Positions 7,877-18,311 of a stretch of DNA of 64,000 nucleotides are shown here, piece by piece. How positions within the stretch are numbered: the first letter of the stretch is position 1; the number at the start of each line of letters is the position of its first letter. The notes under the pieces were generated by a model. That model was not told where the DNA came from. It was given only the letters and a program-made list of their open reading frames with translations, and did not search any database. The stretch comes from Opitutales bacterium (GTDB lineage: Bacteria > Verrucomicrobiota > Verrucomicrobiia > Opitutales > PNEW01). The position numbers and the translations under genes are program-made. The stretch spans positions 320,001 to 384,000 of the forward strand of contig CBDANS010000006.1 in the NCBI GenBank assembly GCA_965197745.1, given 5' to 3'.

Positions 7877-10153
7877 TCACTCAATTGTAAGCTCTTCGGT
7901 CGTCACTGTGATCTCATCACCATCCTCGTTGGAAAATGTCGCATTTATGCTCTGAGTCGGTTGGGGCGTATTGTCAGACTTGAAGTTGTTTTGGGTGATC
8001 AAAGTATCGAAACCAGTAGTCGTCGATCCGCTCTCAGCGACTACAATCGAAGTACCGTTCGTCTGCTCAAGATCCCCACCCGTAATCCGTAAACCGGGGT
8101 TGCCCGCAGGTACCGTGAAGGACCCTTCTCCGAACAGGAGGTGAGGCACCGCATCGCCATCGGCATCGATGTCGCCCACCGTTAAGCGTACCGCGATCGG
8201 CACTCCGCGTGCATCCACGCCTACTTTACCAGTGCTTCCACTGAACACGGTGTTCGACAGTTGTACCCCTCCAAGTCCCGTGGAATTAATTACTTCCACG
8301 AGGGTCACGTCAGCTTGTGCGTCATATACCTGTCCTTCGGGGAACAGCGCCTGGTTAAAGGCGTTGATCCTGCCCACCGTGAAGATGCTGAAGAAGGTAT
8401 TGGCGTCAGCTCCGTCAATGACCACGCTCGGTTTGCCCGTCACGTACTCTACTGCCTGATTGTAGCGTGGGGGAATGGCCGGGGGCAGGAAGGTGGCCGG
8501 ATCGAGGGTTACGGTAAAGGTCCCATTACCTGAGAATTCTACCTGCACGATATCCTCGTTTTCATCCATGAAGGAAACGCGGGTGATCTGTCCCGGTTTA
8601 GCCTGGAGTTGGACGGACTCTCCAGTGAGTAATATCTGATCGAAGACGTTACCGTTGGCATGCTGAATGTTTTCACCTGCGATATCGCCCGAGCCGTCGA
8701 GAACCAGGGGTACAGACGGTGCTGCGACGGTGATGACCGCGGTATCGCTGTCAGCACTGCCGCCGGCATTAGTTATCTGTGCCCAGTAGTTCGTGCTCGT
8801 GGTGAGCGCACCGGTAGTTAGCGTGCTGCCGGTAGCGCCGGCAACGGGAGCGGCGGTATCACCGCTGTTGCCGGTAAACCACTGATAAGTAAGATCATCA
8901 CCACTGACCACTACAGACAATACTACCGCTGTGCCGGACTGCACTTCCTGGCTCGCGGGCTGGGTGGTAATGGAAGGACCGGTTACCGGTGGCGGTCCCT
9001 CGGAACCACTTCCGGGGGCACCAACCGGGGTAAATCCAAAATCATCAATAACATTGTGTAGAACATCCCCTTGCGTAGAGACTAAATCCAGGTTGAGATA
9101 ATGAATTTTCCCAATCCCTTCTGGTGCTCCCAACTCCGCGGCATTAAAAGATATATAATCAAAGGGTGATTCAAAAAATAAGTGACTTATATTTAATGGT
9201 ATATCTTTGGTTGAAGTGAGCAGGTTATCATTGGTGTCGAATACTTGAATTTCCCCGTCTCCTTCAAGGAATACAGCGGCGTAAAACTCAACTTTAGCGA
9301 CAGGTGTCTCAAAAGTAATAATACCTAAGCCAGTTCCTCCGAAAGATTCGTCCTCAACTCTCCAGGCACCGGGGACCAGTGGAAAATCTCCACCCCCCTG
9401 TGTTACACCATCGGGAATAGTATGATTAAAAAAACCTCCACCTGAGACAGCCGCAATGCCACCGGTAAACGTTGCGGTGTAAGGTGACTCACCGATGGTG
9501 AAAATTAATCTCGAATTGGCACTGGAAGCTCCCGGCGTTCGAAAATAAGGACTAAGACCTATATTCGCAAAATCTTCATAAACGGTATTGTTGGGTGGAC
9601 CTACAACATAGGTAAAACCAAGATCGTCAATGGCCGCTCGGCCATTTACATTGATGATTTTAATTTCGAGGACACCGTTCGTAAAGGTAAGGTCGGTATC
9701 ATCCAGTATATCCCCACTGAAGGCGACGAAACTCTGAAGCGGGGGGTTGGCGCCGGGACTGATGTTTGCCGGCAACCCTTCTATCGTCCCCCCTTCCCTT
9801 AAAAAAAATCGATTTCTATCTCTAAGCTCCATACGGCCACCACCGGTTGATTCAGCAACATAAAACTGGAGTAAATTAGCGCCTCTTTCCAAAATAACTT
9901 TTCCTTCCTGACCCGCTTCAAGGACCAACGCTTTTGTTCCCGAGTGCGCGAGGGCCGGGTCATCCACAGTCTCCAGGGTAAACCCAATAACCCGGACAGT
10001 GAAGGGCGCAACGCCCAGGGTGAAATCGGTCCCCGTGGCTGTTTCATTTTCGAAATCGAAAAAAGTTTCGAGCGATTGCGGTTGAGCAGATAGCCAACCT
10101 GTATAAACAATCAAAATCAGCAACGTGTAGAGAGTATTTGTGAATCTCATCAT
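7877..10153 (-). CDS. Secreted modular surface protein: two repeated N-terminal domains, an Ig-like domain and a C-terminal module
   Basis: Signal peptide from ATG 10153 (GAAGGA RBS). PSITTQPASQ...LTYQW...YWAQITNAGGS Ig I-set-like motif. C-terminal NIQHANGNVFDQILLTG...DIVQVEFSG module. Confidence 0.8.
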   Translation of the reverse strand: MMRFTNTLYTLLILIVYTGWLSAQPQSLETFFDFENETATGTDFTLGVAPFTVRVIGFTLETVDDPALAHSGTKALVLEAGQEGKVILERGANLLQFYVAESTGGGRMELRDRNRFFLREGGTIEGLPANISPGANPPLQSFVAFSGDILDDTDLTFTNGVLEIKIINVNGRAAIDDLGFTYVVGPPNNTVYEDFANIGLSPYFRTPGASSANSRLIFTIGESPYTATFTGGIAAVSGGGFFNHTIPDGVTQGGGDFPLVPGAWRVEDESFGGTGLGIITFETPVAKVEFYAAVFLEGDGEIQVFDTNDNLLTSTKDIPLNISHLFFESPFDYISFNAAELGAPEGIGKIHYLNLDLVSTQGDVLHNVIDDFGFTPVGAPGSGSEGPPPVTGPSITTQPASQEVQSGTAVVLSVVVSGDDLTYQWFTGNSGDTAAPVAGATGSTLTTGALTTSTNYWAQITNAGGSADSDTAVITVAAPSVPLVLDGSGDIAGENIQHANGNVFDQILLTGESVQLQAKPGQITRVSFMDENEDIVQVEFSGNGTFTVTLDPATFLPPAIPPRYNQAVEYVTGKPSVVIDGADANTFFSIFTVGRINAFNQALFPEGQVYDAQADVTLVEVINSTGLGGVQLSNTVFSGSTGKVGVDARGVPIAVRLTVGDIDADGDAVPHLLFGEGSFTVPAGNPGLRITGGDLEQTNGTSIVVAESGSTTTGFDTLITQNNFKSDNTPQPTQSINATFSNEDGDEITVTTEELTIE

Positions 10154-10482
10154 AATATTTCCTTCATTAAAAAAATGCTCGTGATCAATGAACGAGCGAT
10201 AAAATAACCACTTATATAGAGTCAATGTCAATGACGTAAAACTCGATAGGTTTACAATATAATTGAATGGGTTAATCTCTTTAAGTCAAATCGACTTTAT
10301 ATATTTAAAATGCTGATTATTAGCTTCTTATTAATTTTAATTGATTTTATTCAGCTGCTTATTTGTAAGCGGTAAACGATAAGCCACTGACCATGGAAAT
10401 GAGTTAAACAAACGTAAGAAATCTCTATTCCCCAACCCAGAAATAGCATAATATAAATATCATTCCCGGAATATTCATCATC

Positions 10483-11205
10483 ATGAATCTCTTCTTATTC
10501 AGTGATAAATTCTCCCACTTAAACATTCAACCTGATGACCCGCGCGCGGAACATATTCGCACGGTGCTTAAAATGGGGGTTGGGCAGCTATTTGATGTCG
10601 GTGTGGTCAACGGACCGCGCGGTAAAGCACGCATTATTGCGGACGGGCCGGAGGGCATGAACTTGGATATCGAATGGGGTGATGTACCACCACGGCCCTA
10701 TCCTATTACTTTAATCGTAGGACTACCACGACCTCAAACAGCGCGGAAGATCCTGCAAGAATCTACAAGTTTAGGTATTGGCGCGATCTGGTTATTCCAG
10801 GCAGAAAAAGGTGAGTCATCTTACCGCCGCAGTCGCCTCTGGAGCACGGGTGAATGGCGACGTCACCTGCACCTGGGTGCTGAACAGGCATTTACTACGC
10901 ATATACCCGATGTCCGCAATTTTGATTCACTCGTAGAATGTATTTTAAAGTTGAGCGTGCCTGGTGACCGCATTGCCCTTGATAATTACGAGGCGGATGT
11001 ACCTTTAGGTTCTTATCAAATCAAACATCCAATGAGCGCTGTGGCCATCGGTTCTGAGCGTGGGTGGTCAGCATCCGAACGGGACCATCTGCGCAATGCT
11101 GAATTCAGCTTGTATAATCTTGGCCAACGTGTGCTGCGGACAGAAACCGCATGTATCGCCGCGCTATCAATCATTCTTTCAAAATTGAGCTCAGGCTCAA
11201 CATAA
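10483..11205 (+). CDS. rsmE: 16S rRNA (uracil1498-N3)-methyltransferase
   Basis: HIRTVLKM, STSLGI, AIGSERGWS, LGQRVLRTETA SPOUT motifs. Confidence 0.92.
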   Translation: MNLFLFSDKFSHLNIQPDDPRAEHIRTVLKMGVGQLFDVGVVNGPRGKARIIADGPEGMNLDIEWGDVPPRPYPITLIVGLPRPQTARKILQESTSLGIGAIWLFQAEKGESSYRRSRLWSTGEWRRHLHLGAEQAFTTHIPDVRNFDSLVECILKLSVPGDRIALDNYEADVPLGSYQIKHPMSAVAIGSERGWSASERDHLRNAEFSLYNLGQRVLRTETACIAALSIILSKLSSGST

Positions 11206-11232
11206 GGTGGTAGCGCCAGAATTGATTTATAA

Positions 11233-11796
11233 TTATTGTCGCTGAAAAAAAGACACCGTGGGCTCGTGGCGTCCTCGACCTAACTTATTTACCTCTATCC
11301 AACCTTGCCCTCTAAGTTCTATTTCTCCCGGCGCTTCAAATACCAGGCGTGAAGACGCCTTTTTACTAAGACAAGACTGTGCGAGAGAAAAAATCATCTC
11401 CATGCGCCCACTAATAATCTCATAGGGGGGATCCGCGAAAATAAAATCAAATCGTTGTTTTTTAGCGGGTTGCCATTTAAAAACGTCCATCTCAATAACA
11501 TTACAAGGGGACTGTTTCATTCCGAGTGATTTACACACGGAAGTTATATTTTCCTCTAGATATTTCTTAGTCCGATGTTCTCTTTCAATAAACAGCCCCC
11601 CCGATGCTCCTCTGCTTAGCGCTTCTAAACCATAGGCACCACTTCCGGCAAAAAGATCGAGAAACTCACTCTCAAAGATAACGGGACCGAGACTGGAAAA
11701 AACCGCGTGGCGGATGCGATCCATAGCCGGTCTAATGGCATCCGACTTATTAACCCTGAGCCGAATACCTCGAGCTTCACCACCAGTAATTTTCAA
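11233..11796 (-). CDS. rsmD: 16S rRNA (guanine966-N2)-methyltransferase
   Basis: KITGGEARG, RP..DRIR, LDLFAGSGAYGLEALSRGA, FADPPY. Confidence 0.92.
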   Translation of the reverse strand: MKITGGEARGIRLRVNKSDAIRPAMDRIRHAVFSSLGPVIFESEFLDLFAGSGAYGLEALSRGASGGLFIEREHRTKKYLEENITSVCKSLGMKQSPCNVIEMDVFKWQPAKKQRFDFIFADPPYEIISGRMEMIFSLAQSCLSKKASSRLVFEAPGEIELRGQGWIEVNKLGRGRHEPTVSFFQRQ

Positions 11797-11817
11797 TGCT
11801 TTTTTCTTTCTTTTGAA

Positions 11818-12303
11818 TTACTTTTCAATAATAATAAAAGTATAACGATAATTTTCATTACTGCTTTCATTTTGAGAAATTATTTTAGGGAAATAGGTTT
11901 CCCAGGCTGGGAAAAAGGCGTCCCCTTGAACCTCGTCATGAACAAGGGTGAGGTAAAGGGTGTCTGCTAAAGATATCGCCTGTTCATACACCTGCTGCCC
12001 GCCACTGATCCATATTTCACCATCAAATGCTTGCGCCTTATCTATCCCCTCTTCCAAAGATGGCGCAACAATTACTCCCTCGCTTTTCCAATCCGGATTA
12101 CGGGTCAACACGACGGTCCTGCATTCGGGGAAGGGATGATTGAATTCTTCAAAGGTTTTTCGACCGAAGATGACCGTTCCACCCTTAGTTTGTTTTAAAA
12201 AATAATCCCAGTCTTCCGGGATTTTCCAGGGCAACTTTCCCGCTCGTCCAATCACCCTGTTTACCGCGCAGGCGACGATGATGTTGAGCGGTTTCATCGA
12301 CAT
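11818..12303 (-). CDS. folA: Dihydrofolate reductase
   Basis: IIVA..NRVIG..GKLPWKIPED, IFGRKTF, GGQQVY, GDAFFP. Confidence 0.95.
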   Translation of the reverse strand: MSMKPLNIIVACAVNRVIGRAGKLPWKIPEDWDYFLKQTKGGTVIFGRKTFEEFNHPFPECRTVVLTRNPDWKSEGVIVAPSLEEGIDKAQAFDGEIWISGGQQVYEQAISLADTLYLTLVHDEVQGDAFFPAWETYFPKIISQNESSNENYRYTFIIIEK

Positions 12304-12345
12304 AATTATTTACCACTATTCTGCCCATGAGCAGAATATAACCTA

Positions 12346-12390
12346 AACTAAAAGGGCTCGCATAAATGCTGTAATATAAATTATGCGAGC
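12346..12390 (-). terminator. Probable intrinsic terminator after the DUF455-like gene
   Basis: GCTCGCATAA (12356-12365) / TTATGCGAGC (12381-12390) 10-bp stem starting right at the stop codon, followed on the minus strand by CCTTTTAGTTT. Confidence 0.6.
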
Positions 12391-13581
12391 TTAATTTGCC
12401 CGCCCCGTTCCTATATACTCAGCGCGTACATCCATAAGACGATTGAGATCTTCCATTAACTGGTCCCGGCTGCGTTTATCCCCGGTAATTTTCTGCACAT
12501 GTTCCAACCATTTATGACCATTACCAACATGCCGAGTCTCGTCACATATATCATAAGCTATATAATCAGAACTCTCTTCATCGTCCATGGATTTAAGCAA
12601 CTCGCGACTTCTGCGCTTAACGGGAAAAGCGTTGACTTCATCGAGAAAGACAATCATGCCCAGCCGTTCGACAAGCGACAGGCGGTCGCGGAATTCAAAA
12701 ACCCCGGTGCCGATGGGTAGATTCGCCGGATCCATACCTAATTCATTAAGGCGTTGTTTACCCATCATCGCATGCCGATATTCGTCCCAACCATGCCGCG
12801 CCATATCATAAAGGAACTCCCATTCGGCATGTTCCGGGGCATCAAATACAATACTGGCCACATTATCGCCCGCTCCGATCTCATTGAAATAATTACGGAG
12901 GACATTTTTACGCCAAGGTTCGCCGACTTCTTCTACGGGGGGTTTATCACGGCCGCGCTGGGTAATAACGCCATCCAAATGCTGTTCATGCGGGCGCTCA
13001 AAGGGCTCGCGTTGTGGAATTTTAGCGGCGGTAGCTTCGGATTGCGATTCACGGCCATCAATTCCACCCTGTGAAATAAGCATCGATGACACGGCAGCCT
13101 GCCACTCCTCGCATGCTTCTTTATGGTGTGTCGTGCGCAAATCGAATTCTGTCAACCCTTCAGCCCATCGGCATTGTTCTTCGAGGGTGGCAATATTGGC
13201 AGTTAACAATTCAACGGTGGCATCATCCAACGCGATATTGGTCGACTTATAGTGATGATGATAAGCTTCAAGGAGTGACGATTTTACCACTTTATACATA
13301 CCCGTTATATATTCGGAGGTGCTCACCGCGCGAGCTGCATAGTCGGCAACCTTGTCCAGACCTGAATTATTATCGTCGGCCAGAGGACCTGAGCGCAGCT
13401 CTTTCAGCCTGCGTCGAAGGCGATCAGCGCGTTGTGCATCCTGCCAAATATGCCTGCCCAGAGTTACCTTAATATCCCATGAAGAGGTAACCATCGCCCA
13501 TCCCGCGGAAAACCGCATCGCCGATCGCTCCAGCACTTCATATCTTTGCATTAACCGTGTATTTTCACCTATCAGTATCAT
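12391..13581 (-). CDS. Ferritin-like diiron protein, DUF455-type, two domains
   Basis: C-terminal domain has the diiron ligand pattern NE...DEYRH...DE...DETRH. N-terminal half has a degenerate RHIWQDAQR helix. Confidence 0.7.
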   Translation of the reverse strand: MILIGENTRLMQRYEVLERSAMRFSAGWAMVTSSWDIKVTLGRHIWQDAQRADRLRRRLKELRSGPLADDNNSGLDKVADYAARAVSTSEYITGMYKVVKSSLLEAYHHHYKSTNIALDDATVELLTANIATLEEQCRWAEGLTEFDLRTTHHKEACEEWQAAVSSMLISQGGIDGRESQSEATAAKIPQREPFERPHEQHLDGVITQRGRDKPPVEEVGEPWRKNVLRNYFNEIGAGDNVASIVFDAPEHAEWEFLYDMARHGWDEYRHAMMGKQRLNELGMDPANLPIGTGVFEFRDRLSLVERLGMIVFLDEVNAFPVKRRSRELLKSMDDEESSDYIAYDICDETRHVGNGHKWLEHVQKITGDKRSRDQLMEDLNRLMDVRAEYIGTGRAN

Positions 13582-13842
13582 TTTATACCCGTTTTATTTT
13601 TTGTCTTCGCTATAAAAACCTTCCGTCTAAAAAATGCTATGCCCAATATAAGAAAATTCCAATGTAAAACAACAGCCTTTTATACTATGCGCCCTTGCTT
13701 TAAGGGACATTTGAGCTCTAAAAATTTAATTGTTTATGCCAAAATACATATGATCCAGAGGATAAAACACTACAGCCGTATAAACTTTTTAGTGGCCTTG
13801 TAATGAACCGTTTCTTAATTTGAAGATTGGAAGCGAACAAAA

Positions 13843-15267
13843 ATGACCGAAATACCCAATATTCTCGCTGAACGCTACGCTTCAGATGAATTAAAAAGAA
13901 TCTGGTCATGCTCGGGTAAAATAATTCTCGAAAGGGAATTTTGGATCGCGGTGATGAAGGCGCAGCGCGATCTAGGGCTACCTATTCCAGAAGAAGCGAT
14001 AAATGCTTATGAGCTGGTGAAAGAGCAAGTGGACACCAATTTAATTCGCATACGCGAAGAAAAAACCCTTCACGATGTCAAAGCTCGAATTGAGATTTTC
14101 AACGAACTTGCCGGGCAGGAACATATCCATAAAGGATTAACCAGCCGCGATCTTACCGAGAATATCGAACAACTTCAAGTATTACGGTCTTTAGAAATTA
14201 TACGCGAAAAAGCGGTGGCCGCGCTTATCACATTGGGACAACGCGCTGAAGAATTTCGTGATCTCGTAATCACCGGGCGAACACATAATGTAGCGGCGCA
14301 ACCAACAACATTTGGCAAACGATTGTCCATGTATGGCGAAGAACTACTTTTCACCCTGGAAAGATTAGATAACCTTTTAAATATTTATCCCCTGCGCGGA
14401 CTTAAAGGGGCGGTGGGTACTCAAGTCGATCTCCTCATTCTTTTTGATGGTGACGCGGCGAAAGTCCAAACACTCGAAGAAAAAATAATGAAATACTTAG
14501 GTGCCTGCCGAATACTATCGGTAACAGGCCAGGTTTACCCGCGAAGCCTGGACTATGATGTAGTGAGCACTCTTTACCAGCTTTCATGCGCACCATCCAG
14601 CATGGCGAAGTCATTGCGATTAATGGCTGGCCACGAGCTGGTAAGCGAAGGGTTTGGAGCCGGGCAGGTTGGCTCTTCGGCCATGCCCCACAAGATGAAC
14701 AGCCGCAGTTGCGAGCGTATCAATGGATTTAATAATATTCTAAAGGGACATCTTACGATGGTCGCAGGACTGGCGGGCGATCAGTGGAATGAAGGCGATG
14801 TCTCGTGTTCGGTGGTACGTCGAGTGGTTATGCCCGACAGTTTTTTTACGACCGAAGGTCTGCTTGAAACCTTTATCTGTGTCACTAAACAAATGGAGGT
14901 TTACCCAGCCAATGTGGATAAGGAAAACCGCTATTTTCTCCCCTTCCTTGCGACAACGACGATCTTGATGGAAGCCGTGAAAAACGGTGCGGGCCGTGAA
15001 TCCGCGCACGCAGCCATTAAGGAAAAAGCGCTAAAGGCAGCAAAAGAGATTAGATCCGGTAAAATAACTGAAAATAATTTGCTTCAACAGCTCGCGGATG
15101 ATTCCCGCCTGGGTCTCGATCGAGAAAAAATCAACAGCATCATCGAGAACAGCCAGAAGTTAGTCGGATCAGCGGCAAAACAAGTGGACGCTTTTCTAAA
15201 AGAAACAGAAGCCTGGAGACTACGCTTTCCCAAAGCAGCCGAATATCGACCGGCAAATATCCTGTAG
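13843..15267 (+). CDS. purB: Adenylosuccinate lyase
   Basis: GSSAMPHKMN fumarase/lyase signature, TLHDVKA, GRTH, LAERYAS N-terminus. Confidence 0.96.
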   Translation: MTEIPNILAERYASDELKRIWSCSGKIILEREFWIAVMKAQRDLGLPIPEEAINAYELVKEQVDTNLIRIREEKTLHDVKARIEIFNELAGQEHIHKGLTSRDLTENIEQLQVLRSLEIIREKAVAALITLGQRAEEFRDLVITGRTHNVAAQPTTFGKRLSMYGEELLFTLERLDNLLNIYPLRGLKGAVGTQVDLLILFDGDAAKVQTLEEKIMKYLGACRILSVTGQVYPRSLDYDVVSTLYQLSCAPSSMAKSLRLMAGHELVSEGFGAGQVGSSAMPHKMNSRSCERINGFNNILKGHLTMVAGLAGDQWNEGDVSCSVVRRVVMPDSFFTTEGLLETFICVTKQMEVYPANVDKENRYFLPFLATTTILMEAVKNGAGRESAHAAIKEKALKAAKEIRSGKITENNLLQQLADDSRLGLDREKINSIIENSQKLVGSAAKQVDAFLKETEAWRLRFPKAAEYRPANIL

Positions 15268-15443
15268 CTGGCGTCGCCTGTCTATTTTGCTCCGCCTTCG
15301 CGAGACTGGGGCAAAGCAAGTTGTCGGTTTAGCCAGTCAGACTCCTCCAGTGATTCCTAACATTCGGCTGTCGTTTATAATTTTAGATTGCTTTGTTCAT
15401 AGCGGTTATCCAATGTGTCCTTCCCTAAAATTTTTTTATACTT

Positions 15444-16706
15444 ATGGCAGATGATTTAGAAGGTAATTGTTTAATCGCTCAGTCGGGAGGACCGACATCC
15501 GTTATCAACGCCAGCCTCGCGGGTTCTATTACGGAAGCGCTCAATCATGAATGCATTGAGGAAATTTATGGTGGACTGAATGGGATTCAGGGTATTCTTC
15601 GGGAAGAAATCGTCGACCTGGCTGAGGAATCTCAACAAAATATACGCGGTTTGCGCTACACCCCGTCTTCAGCCCTGGGCACTAGCCGCTATAAATTAAA
15701 GCGATCGCAGGATTACGAGCGCGTATTTGAAGTTTTCAAAGCACATAATATACGCTTTTTTTTCTATATTGGCGGCAACGATTCCCAAGACACTGCCTCT
15801 AAACTGTCCAAACTGACAAAAGAAAAGGGCCATGATATGCGTATCATTGGTATCCCCAAAACAGTCGACAACGATCTCACCGGCACCGATCACTGCCCGG
15901 GGTATGGGAGTGTTATAAAATATGTAGCCACAACGGTTAAAGAAATTGCTTTTGACAGTGCGTCCATGGGACAGGGTGATTTAGTAATGGTCCTTGAAGT
16001 AATGGGGCGTAACGCTGGTTGGATCGCTGCAGGTTCTTCACTCGCTAAAAGGCGTGACCATCCTCATGATCCCCCCCATCTTATCTACCTCCCGGAAGTC
16101 GCATTTTCACCGCAGAAATATATTGATGATGTTAAGCGTATTCTTAAAAGCGGTAATTATTGCTTCGTTGTTGTAGGGGAAGGATTAATTGACAGTGACG
16201 GCAACTATGTGACAGTCACTGGCGGACAGACAGATGCTTTTGGTCATAATCAGCTTGGCGGTGTCGGAGAATATCTCGGAAATCTTGCCGAGCAACACCT
16301 GGGCGTTAAAGCGCGCACGACAAAACTCGGTTACGCGCAGCGTGCAGCGGTACACTGCTCCTCCCAGGTAGACAATGATGAGGCATTTATGGCCGGACAG
16401 GCCGCTGTTCGCGCCGCAGTTGAAGGTAACACTGACAAATTTGTTACCCTTCAACGCAGCGATTCTGATCACTACAGTTGTGAAACGGGCCTCTGCGACC
16501 TAGAAGAAGTAGCTAACAATGTTAAAACTATCCCGCAAAACTGGATAAATGAAGACGGGGTCAGTCTTAATTTTCAGTACTTCAAGTACGCATTACCGCT
16601 CGTTCAAGGGGAATTGGAGATACCTTTCGAGAATGGAGTGCCCAAGTTTGTCCATTTAGGAAAATTCCGGGTAGAGAGAAAATTGCCTCCTTACACTGTA
16701 GAATAA
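15444..16706 (+). CDS. pfkA: 6-phosphofructokinase, probably PPi-dependent type
   Basis: AQSGGPT, IGGNDS, PKTVDND, EVMGRNAGW, LGYAQR. Confidence 0.92.
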   Translation: MADDLEGNCLIAQSGGPTSVINASLAGSITEALNHECIEEIYGGLNGIQGILREEIVDLAEESQQNIRGLRYTPSSALGTSRYKLKRSQDYERVFEVFKAHNIRFFFYIGGNDSQDTASKLSKLTKEKGHDMRIIGIPKTVDNDLTGTDHCPGYGSVIKYVATTVKEIAFDSASMGQGDLVMVLEVMGRNAGWIAAGSSLAKRRDHPHDPPHLIYLPEVAFSPQKYIDDVKRILKSGNYCFVVVGEGLIDSDGNYVTVTGGQTDAFGHNQLGGVGEYLGNLAEQHLGVKARTTKLGYAQRAAVHCSSQVDNDEAFMAGQAAVRAAVEGNTDKFVTLQRSDSDHYSCETGLCDLEEVANNVKTIPQNWINEDGVSLNFQYFKYALPLVQGELEIPFENGVPKFVHLGKFRVERKLPPYTVE

Positions 16707-16763
16707 TTATCCTGCCCATTGTGTAATTTCGCGTCTTTGTCTTTATGACAGGATCGCTTCGAA

Positions 16764-16841
16764 TGGCACCCCGTAGGGGATTTGAACCCCTGTTGCAGGG
16801 ATGAGAACCCTGTGTCCTCGACCAGGCTAGACGAACGGGGC
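16764..16841 (-). tRNA. tRNA-Glu (anticodon CTC)
   Basis: Reverse complement GCCCCGTTCGTCTAGCCTGGTCGAGGACACAGGG-TTCTCAT-CCCTGCAACAGGGGTTCAAATCCCCTACGGGGTGCCA. Confidence 0.96.
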
Positions 16842-16946
16842 GTAAACCGGAGTGAATGAATTGATTGAGGCTTTAACTGTGCAGAACTAACGTTAAGGGA
16901 AAGATGATGGATAACTCCAGCACCTTTCCTCTCTAAAACAGAAAAG

Positions 16947-17024
16947 TGGCCTCCCGTAGGGGATTTGAACCCCTGTTGCAGGGATGAAAACCCTGTGTCC
17001 TGGGCCAGGCTAGACGAACGGGAG
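16947..17024 (-). tRNA. tRNA-Glu (anticodon TTC)
   Basis: Reverse complement CTCCCGTTCGTCTAGCCTGGCCCAGGACACAGGG-TTTTCAT-CCCTGCAACAGGGGTTCAAATCCCCTACGGGAGGCCA. Confidence 0.96.
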
Positions 17025-17165
17025 GCTAAAGAGAAAGGCCCAAAGATTTAGATTCTGTCAGATACGGTGCAAGCAAATTCCGAAAAATTTCTTTGTCAGT
17101 CTATATTGCAAATGATTAAACAACGCTTGGAATAAAAACCAAACATCTTCATATTTAAACGCGAA

Positions 17166-18074
17166 ATGGACATAGAAAATTTCAAAAGTGCTCTCCCGAA
17201 TGAAGCCATAGTCGAAGTGGAATCATTGCCCTGGCCTAAATCCGGATCTGGCAAGGTACGTGAGATATATGATTTGGATGATCGATTACTCATTATTGCA
17301 ACTGATCGTATTTCGGCCTTCGATGTAATATTACCTGAAGGTATTCCGGCCAAAGGGATCATCCTGACCCAGCTCAGTCTTTACTGGTTTGCGATATCTC
17401 AAGATATCATCGCGAATCATCTCGTCCCCAATCATGAAGCATCGCTAAGGGATCTACTCTCTGATTACCAGCATTTAATATCTCGCAGTATGCTCGTTAA
17501 AAAATTAAAGCCGTTGCCCGTAGAAGCGGTTGTGCGAGGATACCTGTCAGGTAGTGGATGGAAATCTTATAAAGAAAACGGTAACTTATTCGGGGAGGCA
17601 TTACCTGACGGCATTCTCGAAAGTGATCCTCTCCCCCATCCCTATTTTACACCGACGACTAAAGCGACGAGCGGTCATGACGAACCGATGACATACAATC
17701 AATGCAAAGCTATGCTCGGCGAAGCAATTATAAATACAGTTAAAGACACAAGCATGGATCTGTATGAGCTCGGTGTTAAGCGCGCAAGAAAATCGGGTAT
17801 TATCCTCGCCGATACAAAGTTTGAATTTGGCATGGATGAAAACGGCAAGCTCTATCTTATCGATGAAATTCTCACCCCGGATTCTTCGCGCTACTGGCCA
17901 CAATCCGAATATAGCTCCGGTCGCAGCCAGCCGAGTTTTGATAAGCAATATGTTCGCGATTACCTGGAAACACTCGATTGGGACAAAAAGCCCCCCGCTC
18001 CCCATCTTCCGGCAAATGTCGTTGAAGGCACACAAAAAAGATACCTGGGGGCTCTTGAAAGGCTAATAGGCTAA
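17166..18074 (+). CDS. purC: SAICAR synthetase
   Basis: [50 protein letters not shown]. Confidence 0.97.
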   Translation: MDIENFKSALPNEAIVEVESLPWPKSGSGKVREIYDLDDRLLIIATDRISAFDVILPEGIPAKGIILTQLSLYWFAISQDIIANHLVPNHEASLRDLLSDYQHLISRSMLVKKLKPLPVEAVVRGYLSGSGWKSYKENGNLFGEALPDGILESDPLPHPYFTPTTKATSGHDEPMTYNQCKAMLGEAIINTVKDTSMDLYELGVKRARKSGIILADTKFEFGMDENGKLYLIDEILTPDSSRYWPQSEYSSGRSQPSFDKQYVRDYLETLDWDKKPPAPHLPANVVEGTQKRYLGALERLIG

Positions 18075-18156
18075 GAATTTACCATTTGCCGCTGTCTGCA
18101 CACTTGACAGCGGTATTGAGAGTGTATTTGTTTTCAACCTTTTCTATCCAGCTTTC

Positions 18157-18291
18157 ATGCAATCCACTTATCGACCATCAAAAATCAGACGGAAGCGAAA
18201 ATTCGGTTTTCGCGCACGTAAAAGTACTCGTGGCGGACGTAAGATATTAGCAGCAAGGCGTGCCAAAGGCCGGAAACGCCTTGCCAACTGA
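18157..18291 (+). CDS. rpmH: 50S ribosomal protein L34 (absent from ORF track, 44 aa)
   Basis: Manual translation [44 protein letters not shown], directly upstream of rnpA. Confidence 0.97.
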   Translation: MQSTYRPSKIRRKRKFGFRARKSTRGGRKILAARRAKGRKRLAN

Positions 18292-18311
18292 TCCTTAGTA
18301 CACTTTTTGCG

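Noticed and set aside
18075..18156. oriC/dnaA next to rpmH
   Set aside because: The upstream gene is purC, the spacer is 82 bp and no DnaA-box cluster is visible.
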